Assembly (NCBI GenBank): GCA_037444405.1
Contig: JBBIML010000025.1
Span: forward strand, 1-39,312
Direction of reading: 5' to 3'
DNA length: 39,312 nucleotides
DNA from: Armatimonadota bacterium
GTDB lineage: Bacteria; Armatimonadota; Fimbriimonadia; Fimbriimonadales; GBS-DC
Under the pieces are notes generated by a model. It searched no databases, was not told the origin of the DNA, and worked only from the letters and a program-made list of their open reading frames with translations. The first letter of the stretch is position 1, and the number at the start of each line of letters is the position of its first letter. Both the position numbers and the translations under genes were made by a program. Positions 25,578 through 33,959 of this stretch are shown here, piece by piece.

Positions 25578-25605
25578 GTAGGGGCACACGGCGGTGCGCC
25601 CCTAC
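25578..25605. repeat. GTAG-type REP-like palindrome / bidirectional terminator-like hairpin
   Basis: GTAGGGGCACAC-GGCG-GTGCGCCCCTAC between convergent genes. Confidence 0.75.
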
Positions 25606-26910
25606 TCAAGCCGCGGTGAGGCTCGGCTCGCCGACAATCACTGCGCTCATGCGATCCAGCGGCAGGAAACGGGCGCAGGCTTGCTGGACGGCGTCTGCGG
25701 AGACCGCCTGCACCATCTGCGGATAGCGATGCCAGTAGTCCAGTGGCAGGCGATGCACGACGGTTTGCACGAAGCGGTCGGCAATGCTGCCCAGCGTGAT
25801 CCAGCCCATCATGTGGCGCCCAAGCATGTAGTTTCGGGTGGCTTGCAGCTCCGATTCGGGGACACGCTGCGCGATGAGCTGTTCGATTTCGTGTTGAATC
25901 TGGCGCAGGGTGTCGCGGGTGTTTTCGGTGGCGGTCTGCGCCTCGGCGATGAAGGCGCCGATGCGCCGATAGAAGTCGATGTGGGCGCTGACGCTGTAGG
26001 CGTAGCCGTACTGCTCGCGCACGGTTCGGAACAGGCGGGAGCTGGCGCCGCCCCCCAGCAGGTTCACACCCATCAGTAGGGGAAGGCTATCGGGCGCGTT
26101 GCGCGGTGGCACAAGCGTGCCCAGCATCAAATGGCTCTGCACGGAGCCGTCGCGCGGCACGAACTGCTCGCCCCGCTCAGCAGGCTCACCTGATGGCGCG
26201 GGCAGTTTATCATCAGGCGGTTCGCCCTGCCATTCGCCCAGAGAGTCCTCTATGAGCTTGATGAAGCGCCTGATGCGGAAGTCGCCTATTGCGATCAGCG
26301 TCGCGCCTGCGGGACGATAGCGGTCAGCATGAAACGCCTGCAGATGCTCCGACTGCCAGCGCTGGAGGGCGTCTTCGTCGGGCGCAATGCGATGGTAGGG
26401 GTGCGTTCCGAACAGGGCTTTGCGCAGGCGTTCCTCCGTCAGGAAGTCGGGCTGTGTGCGCTGCAGGCGCAGTCGCTGGAGCGTGTTCGCCCGATCGATC
26501 TCCACCTCCTCGGGTGGGAAGGTCGGGTTCAGCAGCACATCGGCGATCAGGTCGAGCATCGCGGGCAGGTGGTCGCTCAGGCAGTGCGCCTGTAGCAGGG
26601 CGGTCTCGCTGTTCGCGCTGATGGCGAGCGCGCCGCCGCAGCGGTCGGCTTCCTCTTCAATCTGGAAGCTGGTGCGTCGGCGCGTGCCTGCAGTCATCAA
26701 GCGTGCGGTCGCCGCTGCCAGCCCGACCATTGTTTCGTCGTCGAAGGCGCGTCCAGCGGTGGGGATGATGAGCCGAATTTCCACGCGCGGCGCCCGCGAA
26801 TCGGGGATCATCAGCAGACGCAGGCGATTGGGCAATATCTGTTCCTCTGGCAGCGGCAGATGCAGCTCGCCCATCGGATGGTCAGGTGGTGGTGTGGTGG
26901 GAAAGCTCAT
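25606..26910 (-). CDS. M16B peptidase, non-catalytic subunit
   Basis: M16 fold without HXXEH; carries SRLFRTVREQYGYAY (R/Y motif). Confidence 0.9.
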   Translation of the reverse strand: MSFPTTPPPDHPMGELHLPLPEEQILPNRLRLLMIPDSRAPRVEIRLIIPTAGRAFDDETMVGLAAATARLMTAGTRRRTSFQIEEEADRCGGALAISANSETALLQAHCLSDHLPAMLDLIADVLLNPTFPPEEVEIDRANTLQRLRLQRTQPDFLTEERLRKALFGTHPYHRIAPDEDALQRWQSEHLQAFHADRYRPAGATLIAIGDFRIRRFIKLIEDSLGEWQGEPPDDKLPAPSGEPAERGEQFVPRDGSVQSHLMLGTLVPPRNAPDSLPLLMGVNLLGGGASSRLFRTVREQYGYAYSVSAHIDFYRRIGAFIAEAQTATENTRDTLRQIQHEIEQLIAQRVPESELQATRNYMLGRHMMGWITLGSIADRFVQTVVHRLPLDYWHRYPQMVQAVSADAVQQACARFLPLDRMSAVIVGEPSLTAA

Positions 26911-28205
26911 GCGACACCTCCTGTGGCACCAGGCACGATGGTCATCACGGTGCGATTGCGTTCGGTGTTCAGGTAGTGCTGCACCGCCTGTTGTACCTGC
27001 GGGCTGTCGACGGCGAGCAGGCGTTCTAGCTCGTGGTTGATGGCGTTGGGGTCGCCATCGAACACGGTTGCGAACGCCAACCCCAGCGCGCGTCCCAGCG
27101 GGCTTTGCAGACCGTAATAGAGGTTATCGCTCCAGCGCCGGGCAATCAGTTGGGTGCGGATACGCTCCAGTTCCTGGTCGGGAACACCCTCGCTGGCAAG
27201 GCGCTGGATTTCTTCATAAACAATGCGTTCGATTCGCTCCGGGGGCACATCGGGGCGGTGCAGGATAAACAGCTGGAACAGGCTGGGCGCGGGTCGCGCT
27301 TCTGCGCCGCCCGACACGCTCACGGCGACCGCTTCCTGTTTAACCAGTCGCTGATAGAGGCGTGAGGCGCGTCCGCCGACCAGTATTTCGGCTACAATCT
27401 GCAGGGCGTCGTTGTCGGGCGAGCAGCGTGGCGGGATTTTCCATGTGAGGGCGATTGCGGGCACGCTCGCCAGCGGGTCGTGAAACACTTCGCGTCGCTC
27501 GCCGCGCTCTGGCTCGGTGAGGTCGACGGGCGGCGGCGATGGCTGCGGCGGAATATCTTCAAACAGCTCGCGAACCACGCGCCAGTCGCGCCGCAAATCG
27601 TAGTCGCCCGCGATCACCAGCACCGCATTATTCGGCGCGTAGTAGGTGCGGAAAAAGTGCTGCACATCGTTCAGCGCCGCGCGGTCCAGATCGTCCATCG
27701 AGCCAATAACCGAGTGCTGGTTGGCGAAGTTATCGTAGGCGATTTCGCGCAGGCGTTCCAGAGCGCGCGCGTAGGGGCGGTTGTCGATGCTCAGTCGTCG
27801 CTCTTCTTTGACCACCGCCCGCTGGTTATCCAGATTCTCCTGCGAGACCTGCAGCGAGCGCATGCGGTCGGCTTCCAGCCACAGCCCGAGCGGCAGTTTG
27901 GAGGTGGGCAGCAGTTCGAAGTAGGCGGTGCAGTCGTAGCTGGTGAAGCCGTTCAGGATGCCGCCGTTCGATTCCACATATTCGAAGTGTTTGCCGCGCG
28001 GCACATTGGCAGAACCCTGAAACATCATATGTTCGAACAGGTGGGCGAAGCCCGTTTTGCCGGGCGGTTCATCGCGCGAGCCGACCCGATACATCACCAG
28101 TATGGCGATGACAGGCGCCGCGCGATGGGGCGAGAACAGCACGCGCAATCCGTTTGACAGCTGGAACTCCCGAAACTCGATCCGTGTTCGGCGCGAACGC
28201 TCCAT
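26907..28205 (-). CDS. M16B zinc peptidase, catalytic subunit
   Basis: VGSRDE..GFAHLFEHMMFQGS (HXXEH), VKEERR, YAPNNA. Confidence 0.95.
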   Translation of the reverse strand: MERSRRTRIEFREFQLSNGLRVLFSPHRAAPVIAILVMYRVGSRDEPPGKTGFAHLFEHMMFQGSANVPRGKHFEYVESNGGILNGFTSYDCTAYFELLPTSKLPLGLWLEADRMRSLQVSQENLDNQRAVVKEERRLSIDNRPYARALERLREIAYDNFANQHSVIGSMDDLDRAALNDVQHFFRTYYAPNNAVLVIAGDYDLRRDWRVVRELFEDIPPQPSPPPVDLTEPERGERREVFHDPLASVPAIALTWKIPPRCSPDNDALQIVAEILVGGRASRLYQRLVKQEAVAVSVSGGAEARPAPSLFQLFILHRPDVPPERIERIVYEEIQRLASEGVPDQELERIRTQLIARRWSDNLYYGLQSPLGRALGLAFATVFDGDPNAINHELERLLAVDSPQVQQAVQHYLNTERNRTVMTIVPGATGGVA

Positions 28206-28228
28206 TCCTTGAATAATACCCCATGGGG

Positions 28229-28651
28229 CTATCGGTCGCGGTGCTTGAGCTGGGGTCGCTCGTCAAAATAGAGCAGGTTCGCCTCCGAGAAAATCTGGTT
28301 CTGCAGTTTTTTGAGCAGCAGCTGGGCTTCGGAGGCGAATCGGAAGGAGCCTGTGACCTCGCCCTGCCACACATCTTCAATCACCCAGTCGGGCACAGGC
28401 ATATAGACGATAGGTTCTGGGGCGGGGATGCGGATGGTGAGGATGGCGGGACCCATGCTCGGCTCGGTGAAGATGAACTCCAGCAGGATGCTGTCAGGTC
28501 GGTAGTGGGTGGTGCCGATCTGCACGGTGGTGCGGCGCATGCACTCTTTGAGTGTGGCAGGCTCATACTCGCCGACGGGTGGGGGTTGACCCTGCTGCAG
28601 CGCCCCATAAATCTGCTGAATCTGTTCCCGAACGAACTCGCGTAAAGTCAT
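28229..28651 (-). CDS. Hypothetical protein
   Basis: 140 aa, ATGA overlap with the upstream gene, SD CAGGAGG; no family recognised. Confidence 0.75.
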   Translation of the reverse strand: MTLREFVREQIQQIYGALQQGQPPPVGEYEPATLKECMRRTTVQIGTTHYRPDSILLEFIFTEPSMGPAILTIRIPAPEPIVYMPVPDWVIEDVWQGEVTGSFRFASEAQLLLKKLQNQIFSEANLLYFDERPQLKHRDR

Positions 28652-29367
28652 GGTCGCCTCCTGTAGCGCAGGAAGAGTTCATCGCCTTCCAGGTAGGCGG
28701 AGAGCAGTTCGAACTCCGCGACGCGCTCGCGGGGCAAGCCCGCGCCGTCGACCATTGTGGGCAGGTGGGCGCCGCCCTTTATCTTCGGCGCCAGCGTCAG
28801 GAAGACCTCGTCGACCAGCCCCGCATCGAAAAAGTAGAAGTTCAGATTGCCACCGCCTTCCACCAGCAGATAGCGTACCTCATAAATGGTGTGGAGGATA
28901 CGCACCACATCGCGCACATCGACCTGCGTTTCGCCAGTGAGGTGCAGTCGGGCGACGTGCTGGAGGGCTTGCTGGCGGTCAGGCGGCAGGTGGGTGGGCG
29001 CGAACACGAGCGCGCGGTGCGGGTTGTTGAAGAAGGGATGGTCCAGCAGTAGTTCGCCGCTGGTGGTCAGCACGGCTCGATACGGTTCGGGCGGGTAGTT
29101 GAGGTGCCAGTCGGCTCGCAGGGTGCGGCTGCCGATGAGAATAGCATCGGCATGGGTTTGCAGGCGGTGCATGAGGAGCTGGTCGGTGGGGCTGCCCAGT
29201 CCCTTCGCGGTGGAGCCAGGCTCGCCGAGAATCAGTTTGCCGTCGAGCGTGGTGACGGTGTTGGTGAAGATGTAGGGTCGGTCAGCAGGTGGAGGTGGGA
29301 ACTCCACCTGTTTGTAGAGTTGCTCCGGGTCGCCTGTCCAGCCTGTTCGGTCAATCAGCCGTATCAT
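28648..29367 (-). CDS. RibD C-terminal (pyrimidine reductase/DHFR-fold) domain protein
   Basis: RPYIFTN.VTTLDGK, ADAILIGSRT, LLVEGGG, GLVDEVFLTLAPKI.GG; ATG 29367 overlaps the argS stop. Confidence 0.88.
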   Translation of the reverse strand: MIRLIDRTGWTGDPEQLYKQVEFPPPPADRPYIFTNTVTTLDGKLILGEPGSTAKGLGSPTDQLLMHRLQTHADAILIGSRTLRADWHLNYPPEPYRAVLTTSGELLLDHPFFNNPHRALVFAPTHLPPDRQQALQHVARLHLTGETQVDVRDVVRILHTIYEVRYLLVEGGGNLNFYFFDAGLVDEVFLTLAPKIKGGAHLPTMVDGAGLPRERVAEFELLSAYLEGDELFLRYRRRP

Positions 29368-31046
29368 GGCGATTCCATGCGTTCGGGCGCGGAGACACCC
29401 ATCAGGTTCAGGGTGTTGCGCAGGGTGATTCGGGTGGCGCGGATGAGCAGCAGGCGGGCGCGGGTCAGTTCGGGGTCTTCGCCAAGCACGCGGCACTCGG
29501 TGTAGAAGCTGTGGAACGCGCGCGCTAAATCCAGTGCGTAGGCGGTCAGCCGATGCGGCATAAGTTGCAGACCAGCGAGGCGCACCTCTTCAGGGAACTC
29601 TGCCAGGCGCTTGACGAGGGCAACCTCCTCGGGGTGGGTCAGCATCTGCAGGTTGGCTTCGTTCGGAGTGGGCATCGGGATGCCCTGCTCGGCGGCGACC
29701 CGTTCGATGCTGCAGATTCGAGCATGGGCATATTGCACATAGTAGACGGGGTTCTTCTCGGATTGTTCCTTTGCCAGTTCGATGTCGATGTCGAGATGGC
29801 TCTCATGCGAGCGCAGGAGGTAGAAGAATCGGAGAGCGTCGGTGCCGATTTCGTCCATGACCTCGCGCAGGGTGATCAGTTCGCCTGTGCGTTTGGACAT
29901 GCGCACGGGTTCTGCGCCTCTGTAGAGGTTCACCAGCTGGTAGATGAGGATGGTGAGGCGGTCGGGGTCGTAGCCGAGCGCGGCGATGGCGGCTTTCAGG
30001 CGTGCGGTGTAGCCGTGGTGGTCGGCGCCCCAGAGGTTGATGAGTTTGTGGTAGCCGCGTTCGTATTTGTCGATGTGGTAGGCGACATCGGAGGCGAGGT
30101 AGGTGGGTGTGCCGTTGGCGCGTACCAGCACACGGTCTTTTTCGTCGCCGAAGGCGGTGGAGCGCAGCCAGAGCGCACCTTCCGATTCGTAGGCGTAGCC
30201 CGATTCGCGCAGGCGCTGCAGGGTGCGTTCGACGGCACCGCTCTCGTACAGGCTCTGCTCGGAGACCCAGCGGTCGAACTGGACGCCGAAATCGCTCAGG
30301 TCGCGCTGTTGCTCCTGCAGCATCAGCGCTTTTGCCAATGATTCGAACTGTTTGAGCAGGTCGGGTTCGTTGAGCGGGATCTGGTCGCCGTACTGCTGGT
30401 GGATGAGCTGGGCGAGTTCGGTGATGTATTCGCCGTGGTAGGCGTCGTCAGGCATCGGGACAGATTCGCCCAGCAGCTGGCGATAGCGGGTCAGCACGGA
30501 GCGGGCGAAGTTTTGAATCTGGGTGGAGTGTTCGCCATCGTTGATGTAGAACTCGCGTTCGACCTGATAGCCGAGCGCGGTGAGCAGTCGGGCGAGGGTG
30601 TCGCCAATGACGGCGTTGCGTCCGTGTCCGAGTGTGAGCGGTCCGGTGGGGTTCGCGCTGACGAACTCGATGAGAACGCGCTGACCTGCGCCGAGCGTGG
30701 CTTCGCCGTAGTGTTCGCCCTGCTCCAGGATGTGGCGCACGACGGCGCCTGTCCAGCCCGGTTTCAGATAGAAGTTGATGAAGCCTGTGCCGGCGATTTC
30801 GACGCGCTGGAGCCAATCGCTGGACTCGGCGGGCAGATGGCGCATGAGCAGGCGAGCGACCTCCTGCGGGTTGCGCCTTGCCGAGCGTGCCAGCACAAAT
30901 GCCAGGTTGGTCGCATAGTCGCCGAACTGTTCGTTGCGCGGGGTTTCGACCTCGAAGGCGGGCGTGGGGGTTTCGGGCAGCTCGCCCGCCTGCTGTGCCG
31001 CGTGCAACGCCTGCTCCAACCAGCTCCGAATCGTCTGCCGAATCAC
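29364..31046 (-). CDS. argS: Arginine--tRNA ligase
   Basis: GDYATN, EFVSANPTGPLTLGHGR, WGADHHGY, MSKRTG, YVQYAHARICSI, GVSAPERM. Confidence 0.98.
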   Translation of the reverse strand: MIRQTIRSWLEQALHAAQQAGELPETPTPAFEVETPRNEQFGDYATNLAFVLARSARRNPQEVARLLMRHLPAESSDWLQRVEIAGTGFINFYLKPGWTGAVVRHILEQGEHYGEATLGAGQRVLIEFVSANPTGPLTLGHGRNAVIGDTLARLLTALGYQVEREFYINDGEHSTQIQNFARSVLTRYRQLLGESVPMPDDAYHGEYITELAQLIHQQYGDQIPLNEPDLLKQFESLAKALMLQEQQRDLSDFGVQFDRWVSEQSLYESGAVERTLQRLRESGYAYESEGALWLRSTAFGDEKDRVLVRANGTPTYLASDVAYHIDKYERGYHKLINLWGADHHGYTARLKAAIAALGYDPDRLTILIYQLVNLYRGAEPVRMSKRTGELITLREVMDEIGTDALRFFYLLRSHESHLDIDIELAKEQSEKNPVYYVQYAHARICSIERVAAEQGIPMPTPNEANLQMLTHPEEVALVKRLAEFPEEVRLAGLQLMPHRLTAYALDLARAFHSFYTECRVLGEDPELTRARLLLIRATRITLRNTLNLMGVSAPERMESP

Positions 31047-31067
31047 ATCCGTGAGTATACCCCTCTT

Positions 31068-32702
31068 TCAGGGTCTGGGCGGTTCCAGCTGCTGCGCCTC
31101 GCCTGACCATTCAATCAGGGTGGGGTAGACGACTAGCTTGCTGTAGGGGCGATAGAGGGTACTGCCAGCCTGGTTCCAAAGTTGCTGAGCGCGTTGTAGG
31201 CTCTGCAGCCATGCGGCAGTGGCGCGTGCGCGGGCGTGTCGGAAGTAGTCCGGGTTCAGCGCGTACTGCCACAGGATGACCCGTCGCTTCTGCTGGCGAG
31301 CCTGCTCCAGCAGTCGCTTCAGCTCCGATTCGGGGTCGCGCCAGTATTCGGTGGCGATCACCTGGGCATGGGGAGCGGTGTAGCATCGGAGCAGATCTGC
31401 CAGCCGACCTGCCGCAATCACGATATCGCCCTGCTGAATGCCTCCGTACGCGGCGACCACCTCCTGATACTCCGAATCGTGGTCGGGCGAGCGCAGAGTG
31501 CCCATTTTCATCAGTCCGAAGATAGCCATCACCAGCACGAGCGGCGCCAGCGCGTAGCCCAGTCGCGCCGTCTCTTCGGGCGCGTAGCTGGCGAGCCAGC
31601 CCCCCAGCGCCAGCACCGCCCAGAAGCCTGTCCACAGATAGAACGCCTGCCGCTCACCCTGCCAGAGGATCAGCACGGCGAGCATCGCGAGCAGGCTCCA
31701 GCCCGATAGCTGTTGCAGCGCCTGCACGGGGCGCTCCACGGGCACACGCTCACCGCTCGTGTGCAGAATAATCAGCAACAGCACCGCGACGGCAACCAGC
31801 GCCAGGAACGCGCCCTTCAACAGCGTGATGAAAGTGCCGCCCAGAAAGTACTGATAGACATCGCGCACGCGGAAGGGGCGCCCCAGCGCGAGCAGGCTGT
31901 TTTGCACCTGCTCACCCATCGCCAGCCAGTACGCGCCCGACAGCACGGGCGGGTCGAACCGTGAGCCGCCGTCGCCTGTCCAGAGCCAGCTGATGAGCGA
32001 GGGTTTCGCCCGCTCCACGCCGCCCGCCTGAACCTGCGCAGGCAGCACAAGGAAGTAGACACCGAGATAGACCAGCAGGGTAAGCGACAGCAGGGCAACC
32101 CAGTACGCGCCCGCCTGAAAGCGTCGCATCGCCAGCACGCCCAGCACGAGCGCGGGCACCAGCGCGAAGAGATTGATCGCGCCAAGCAGTGCGCTGGCAA
32201 CTCCCATGCGGACGGCAACCGCTGGCTCCGCTTCGCGCAGGGTCAAAAAGCGCACGGCGGAACGCGCCCAGAGCGCCATCAGCAGCAGGGCAAACGAGGC
32301 ATAGCCCAGCATCGTCGCGCTCACCAGCGCCACATTCGCCGTCAGGAACAGAAAGGTGAGCCAGCCGCAGAGTCCGGTGGTCAGCCCCGTGAGGCGTAGG
32401 AGCCGATACAGCACCAGCCCTGTCAGCCCCATCGAGACCGCCGCCAGCAGCTGGGTTGCCTCCAGCACTGGCATCGCGAACGAGAGCGGCTTCACAATCA
32501 GCCACAGCAGGAGCAGTCCCAGTGGCGCGTGCCCGTTCCAGAAGAACAGCGAGGTGCGATTGAATCCTTCGGTGAGCGTCGCCGCATGCCGCACGCCCTC
32601 CGCGTCCACATAGGACGCCCGCAGCACGATTGTCAGCAGTGTATAAACGATGCACAACACCCACATCCCTGTGGGAACCTGCCAGATGTCCCGTTTGAGC
32701 AT
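31068..32702 (-). CDS. Polytopic membrane protein (possible GT-C-like fold)
   Basis: About 10-12 hydrophobic segments, a D/E- and H-containing first loop (YVDAEG..GHAPLG) and a soluble C-terminal domain; function is inference. Confidence 0.7.
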   Translation of the reverse strand: MLKRDIWQVPTGMWVLCIVYTLLTIVLRASYVDAEGVRHAATLTEGFNRTSLFFWNGHAPLGLLLLWLIVKPLSFAMPVLEATQLLAAVSMGLTGLVLYRLLRLTGLTTGLCGWLTFLFLTANVALVSATMLGYASFALLLMALWARSAVRFLTLREAEPAVAVRMGVASALLGAINLFALVPALVLGVLAMRRFQAGAYWVALLSLTLLVYLGVYFLVLPAQVQAGGVERAKPSLISWLWTGDGGSRFDPPVLSGAYWLAMGEQVQNSLLALGRPFRVRDVYQYFLGGTFITLLKGAFLALVAVAVLLLIILHTSGERVPVERPVQALQQLSGWSLLAMLAVLILWQGERQAFYLWTGFWAVLALGGWLASYAPEETARLGYALAPLVLVMAIFGLMKMGTLRSPDHDSEYQEVVAAYGGIQQGDIVIAAGRLADLLRCYTAPHAQVIATEYWRDPESELKRLLEQARQQKRRVILWQYALNPDYFRHARARATAAWLQSLQRAQQLWNQAGSTLYRPYSKLVVYPTLIEWSGEAQQLEPPRP

Positions 32703-32711
32703 AACCCCAAT

Positions 32712-32738
32712 TTTCGCGCCCGTGATAACCTTTCCTGC
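32712..32738 (-). promoter_or_regulatory. SigH/Spo0H-like promoter
   Basis: GCAGGA-N17-GAAA, 9 nt before ATG 32702. Confidence 0.55.
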
Positions 32739-32741
32739 TCC

Positions 32742-33950
32742 CTACTTAATCGTGTCCATCAGGTCGTAGATGGGCGAGATGACGGAGAAGGCGAAGATGC
32801 CGATAATCAGCCCCAGAAAGAGCATCAGCAGCGGCTCCAGTGTGGAGGTTAGCCCCTTCAGTTTCTGCTGCACCTCGTCGTCGTAGAACTCGACGATTTC
32901 GCCCAGCATTTCGGGGAGCGCGCCCGTCTTCTCGCCCGCCGCCACCAGCTGGATGACCAGGTTGGGGAACACGCCTGTCTCGCGCATGGCGATGGCGAGC
33001 GGGATGCCCGCCTCCACCTCTGCTCGCACGGTGGCTAACGCGCGGCGCATGCGGTGGTCGCCTGAAGTGGCGGCAGCCAGCTCCAGCGCGCGGGGCAACG
33101 CGACGCCTGTGCTGATCAGCGTCTGCAACGCTGCAAGCGTGCGGGTCAGCACCACCTTGCGCGTCAGGTCGCCCACGAGCGGCATGCGGGCAACCCAGTA
33201 GTTGAGCGGCTCGCGGATGCGCGGTATCTGCCACGCGCCCCACAGCCCACCCAGCACGAAAATCGGCGATATTAGCACCAGCAATTTGTGCCGCTGACCC
33301 AGATCGCCCAGCCACACCATCGCCTGCGTTGTGAGCGGCAGGTTCACATTCATCTGCCGAAACATCTCCGAGAACTTCGGCATGATGAACACCACCATAT
33401 ATGCCATCACGAACAGTGTGGCGGTCAGCACCACTGCGGGGTAGATCATGGCGGACTTGACGCGCCGCTGGAGCGCGAGCGCGTTGCTTAGGTAGTCGGC
33501 GGCGCGTTTCAGCACCGTTTCGAGGCTGCCGCTCACCTCCGCCGATTGAACCAGGTTCACATACAGGTCGGGGAAAGCGTGCGGCTGGCGGCGCATCGAT
33601 TCGGAGAGCGGGATGCCGCCTTCCACCTCGTCGCGCACCTTCATCAGCGCCTCGCGCAGCACGCCGGGCTTCATGTGATCAACCAGCGTCTGCAGGGCTT
33701 CCATGATGGGCACGCCCGCGCGGATCATCACGGCGAACTCGCGGCTGAAGGCGACCAGCTCGTCCAACCGGGCGCGTTTGAAGAGGGCGATCCCGCGCCG
33801 CTCGGTCGGACGACGCTGCTCGCGCACCGCCAGCACAAAATGCCCCTCACGATGCAGGCGTTCGACCGCCACCTGCAGGCTGGGCGCCTCCAGCGTCAGC
33901 TGGCGCGGCTCCCCGCTCTTTGTGCGAATGCGACACTCATAGATGGGCAT
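32742..33950 (-). CDS. pilC: Type IV pilus / T2SS inner-membrane platform protein (PilC/GspF)
   Basis: FSREFAVMIRAGVPI, EVSGSLE, KSAMIYP, GEKTGAL, LEP. Confidence 0.92.
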   Translation of the reverse strand: MPIYECRIRTKSGEPRQLTLEAPSLQVAVERLHREGHFVLAVREQRRPTERRGIALFKRARLDELVAFSREFAVMIRAGVPIMEALQTLVDHMKPGVLREALMKVRDEVEGGIPLSESMRRQPHAFPDLYVNLVQSAEVSGSLETVLKRAADYLSNALALQRRVKSAMIYPAVVLTATLFVMAYMVVFIMPKFSEMFRQMNVNLPLTTQAMVWLGDLGQRHKLLVLISPIFVLGGLWGAWQIPRIREPLNYWVARMPLVGDLTRKVVLTRTLAALQTLISTGVALPRALELAAATSGDHRMRRALATVRAEVEAGIPLAIAMRETGVFPNLVIQLVAAGEKTGALPEMLGEIVEFYDDEVQQKLKGLTSTLEPLLMLFLGLIIGIFAFSVISPIYDLMDTIK

Positions 33951-33959
33951 GGTGATTCG

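Noticed and set aside
28229..31046. Impression of C/A-ending codon bias in the argS block (possible foreign or recombined segment)
   Set aside because: Only a visual impression; it needs a computed codon-usage and GC-skew comparison.
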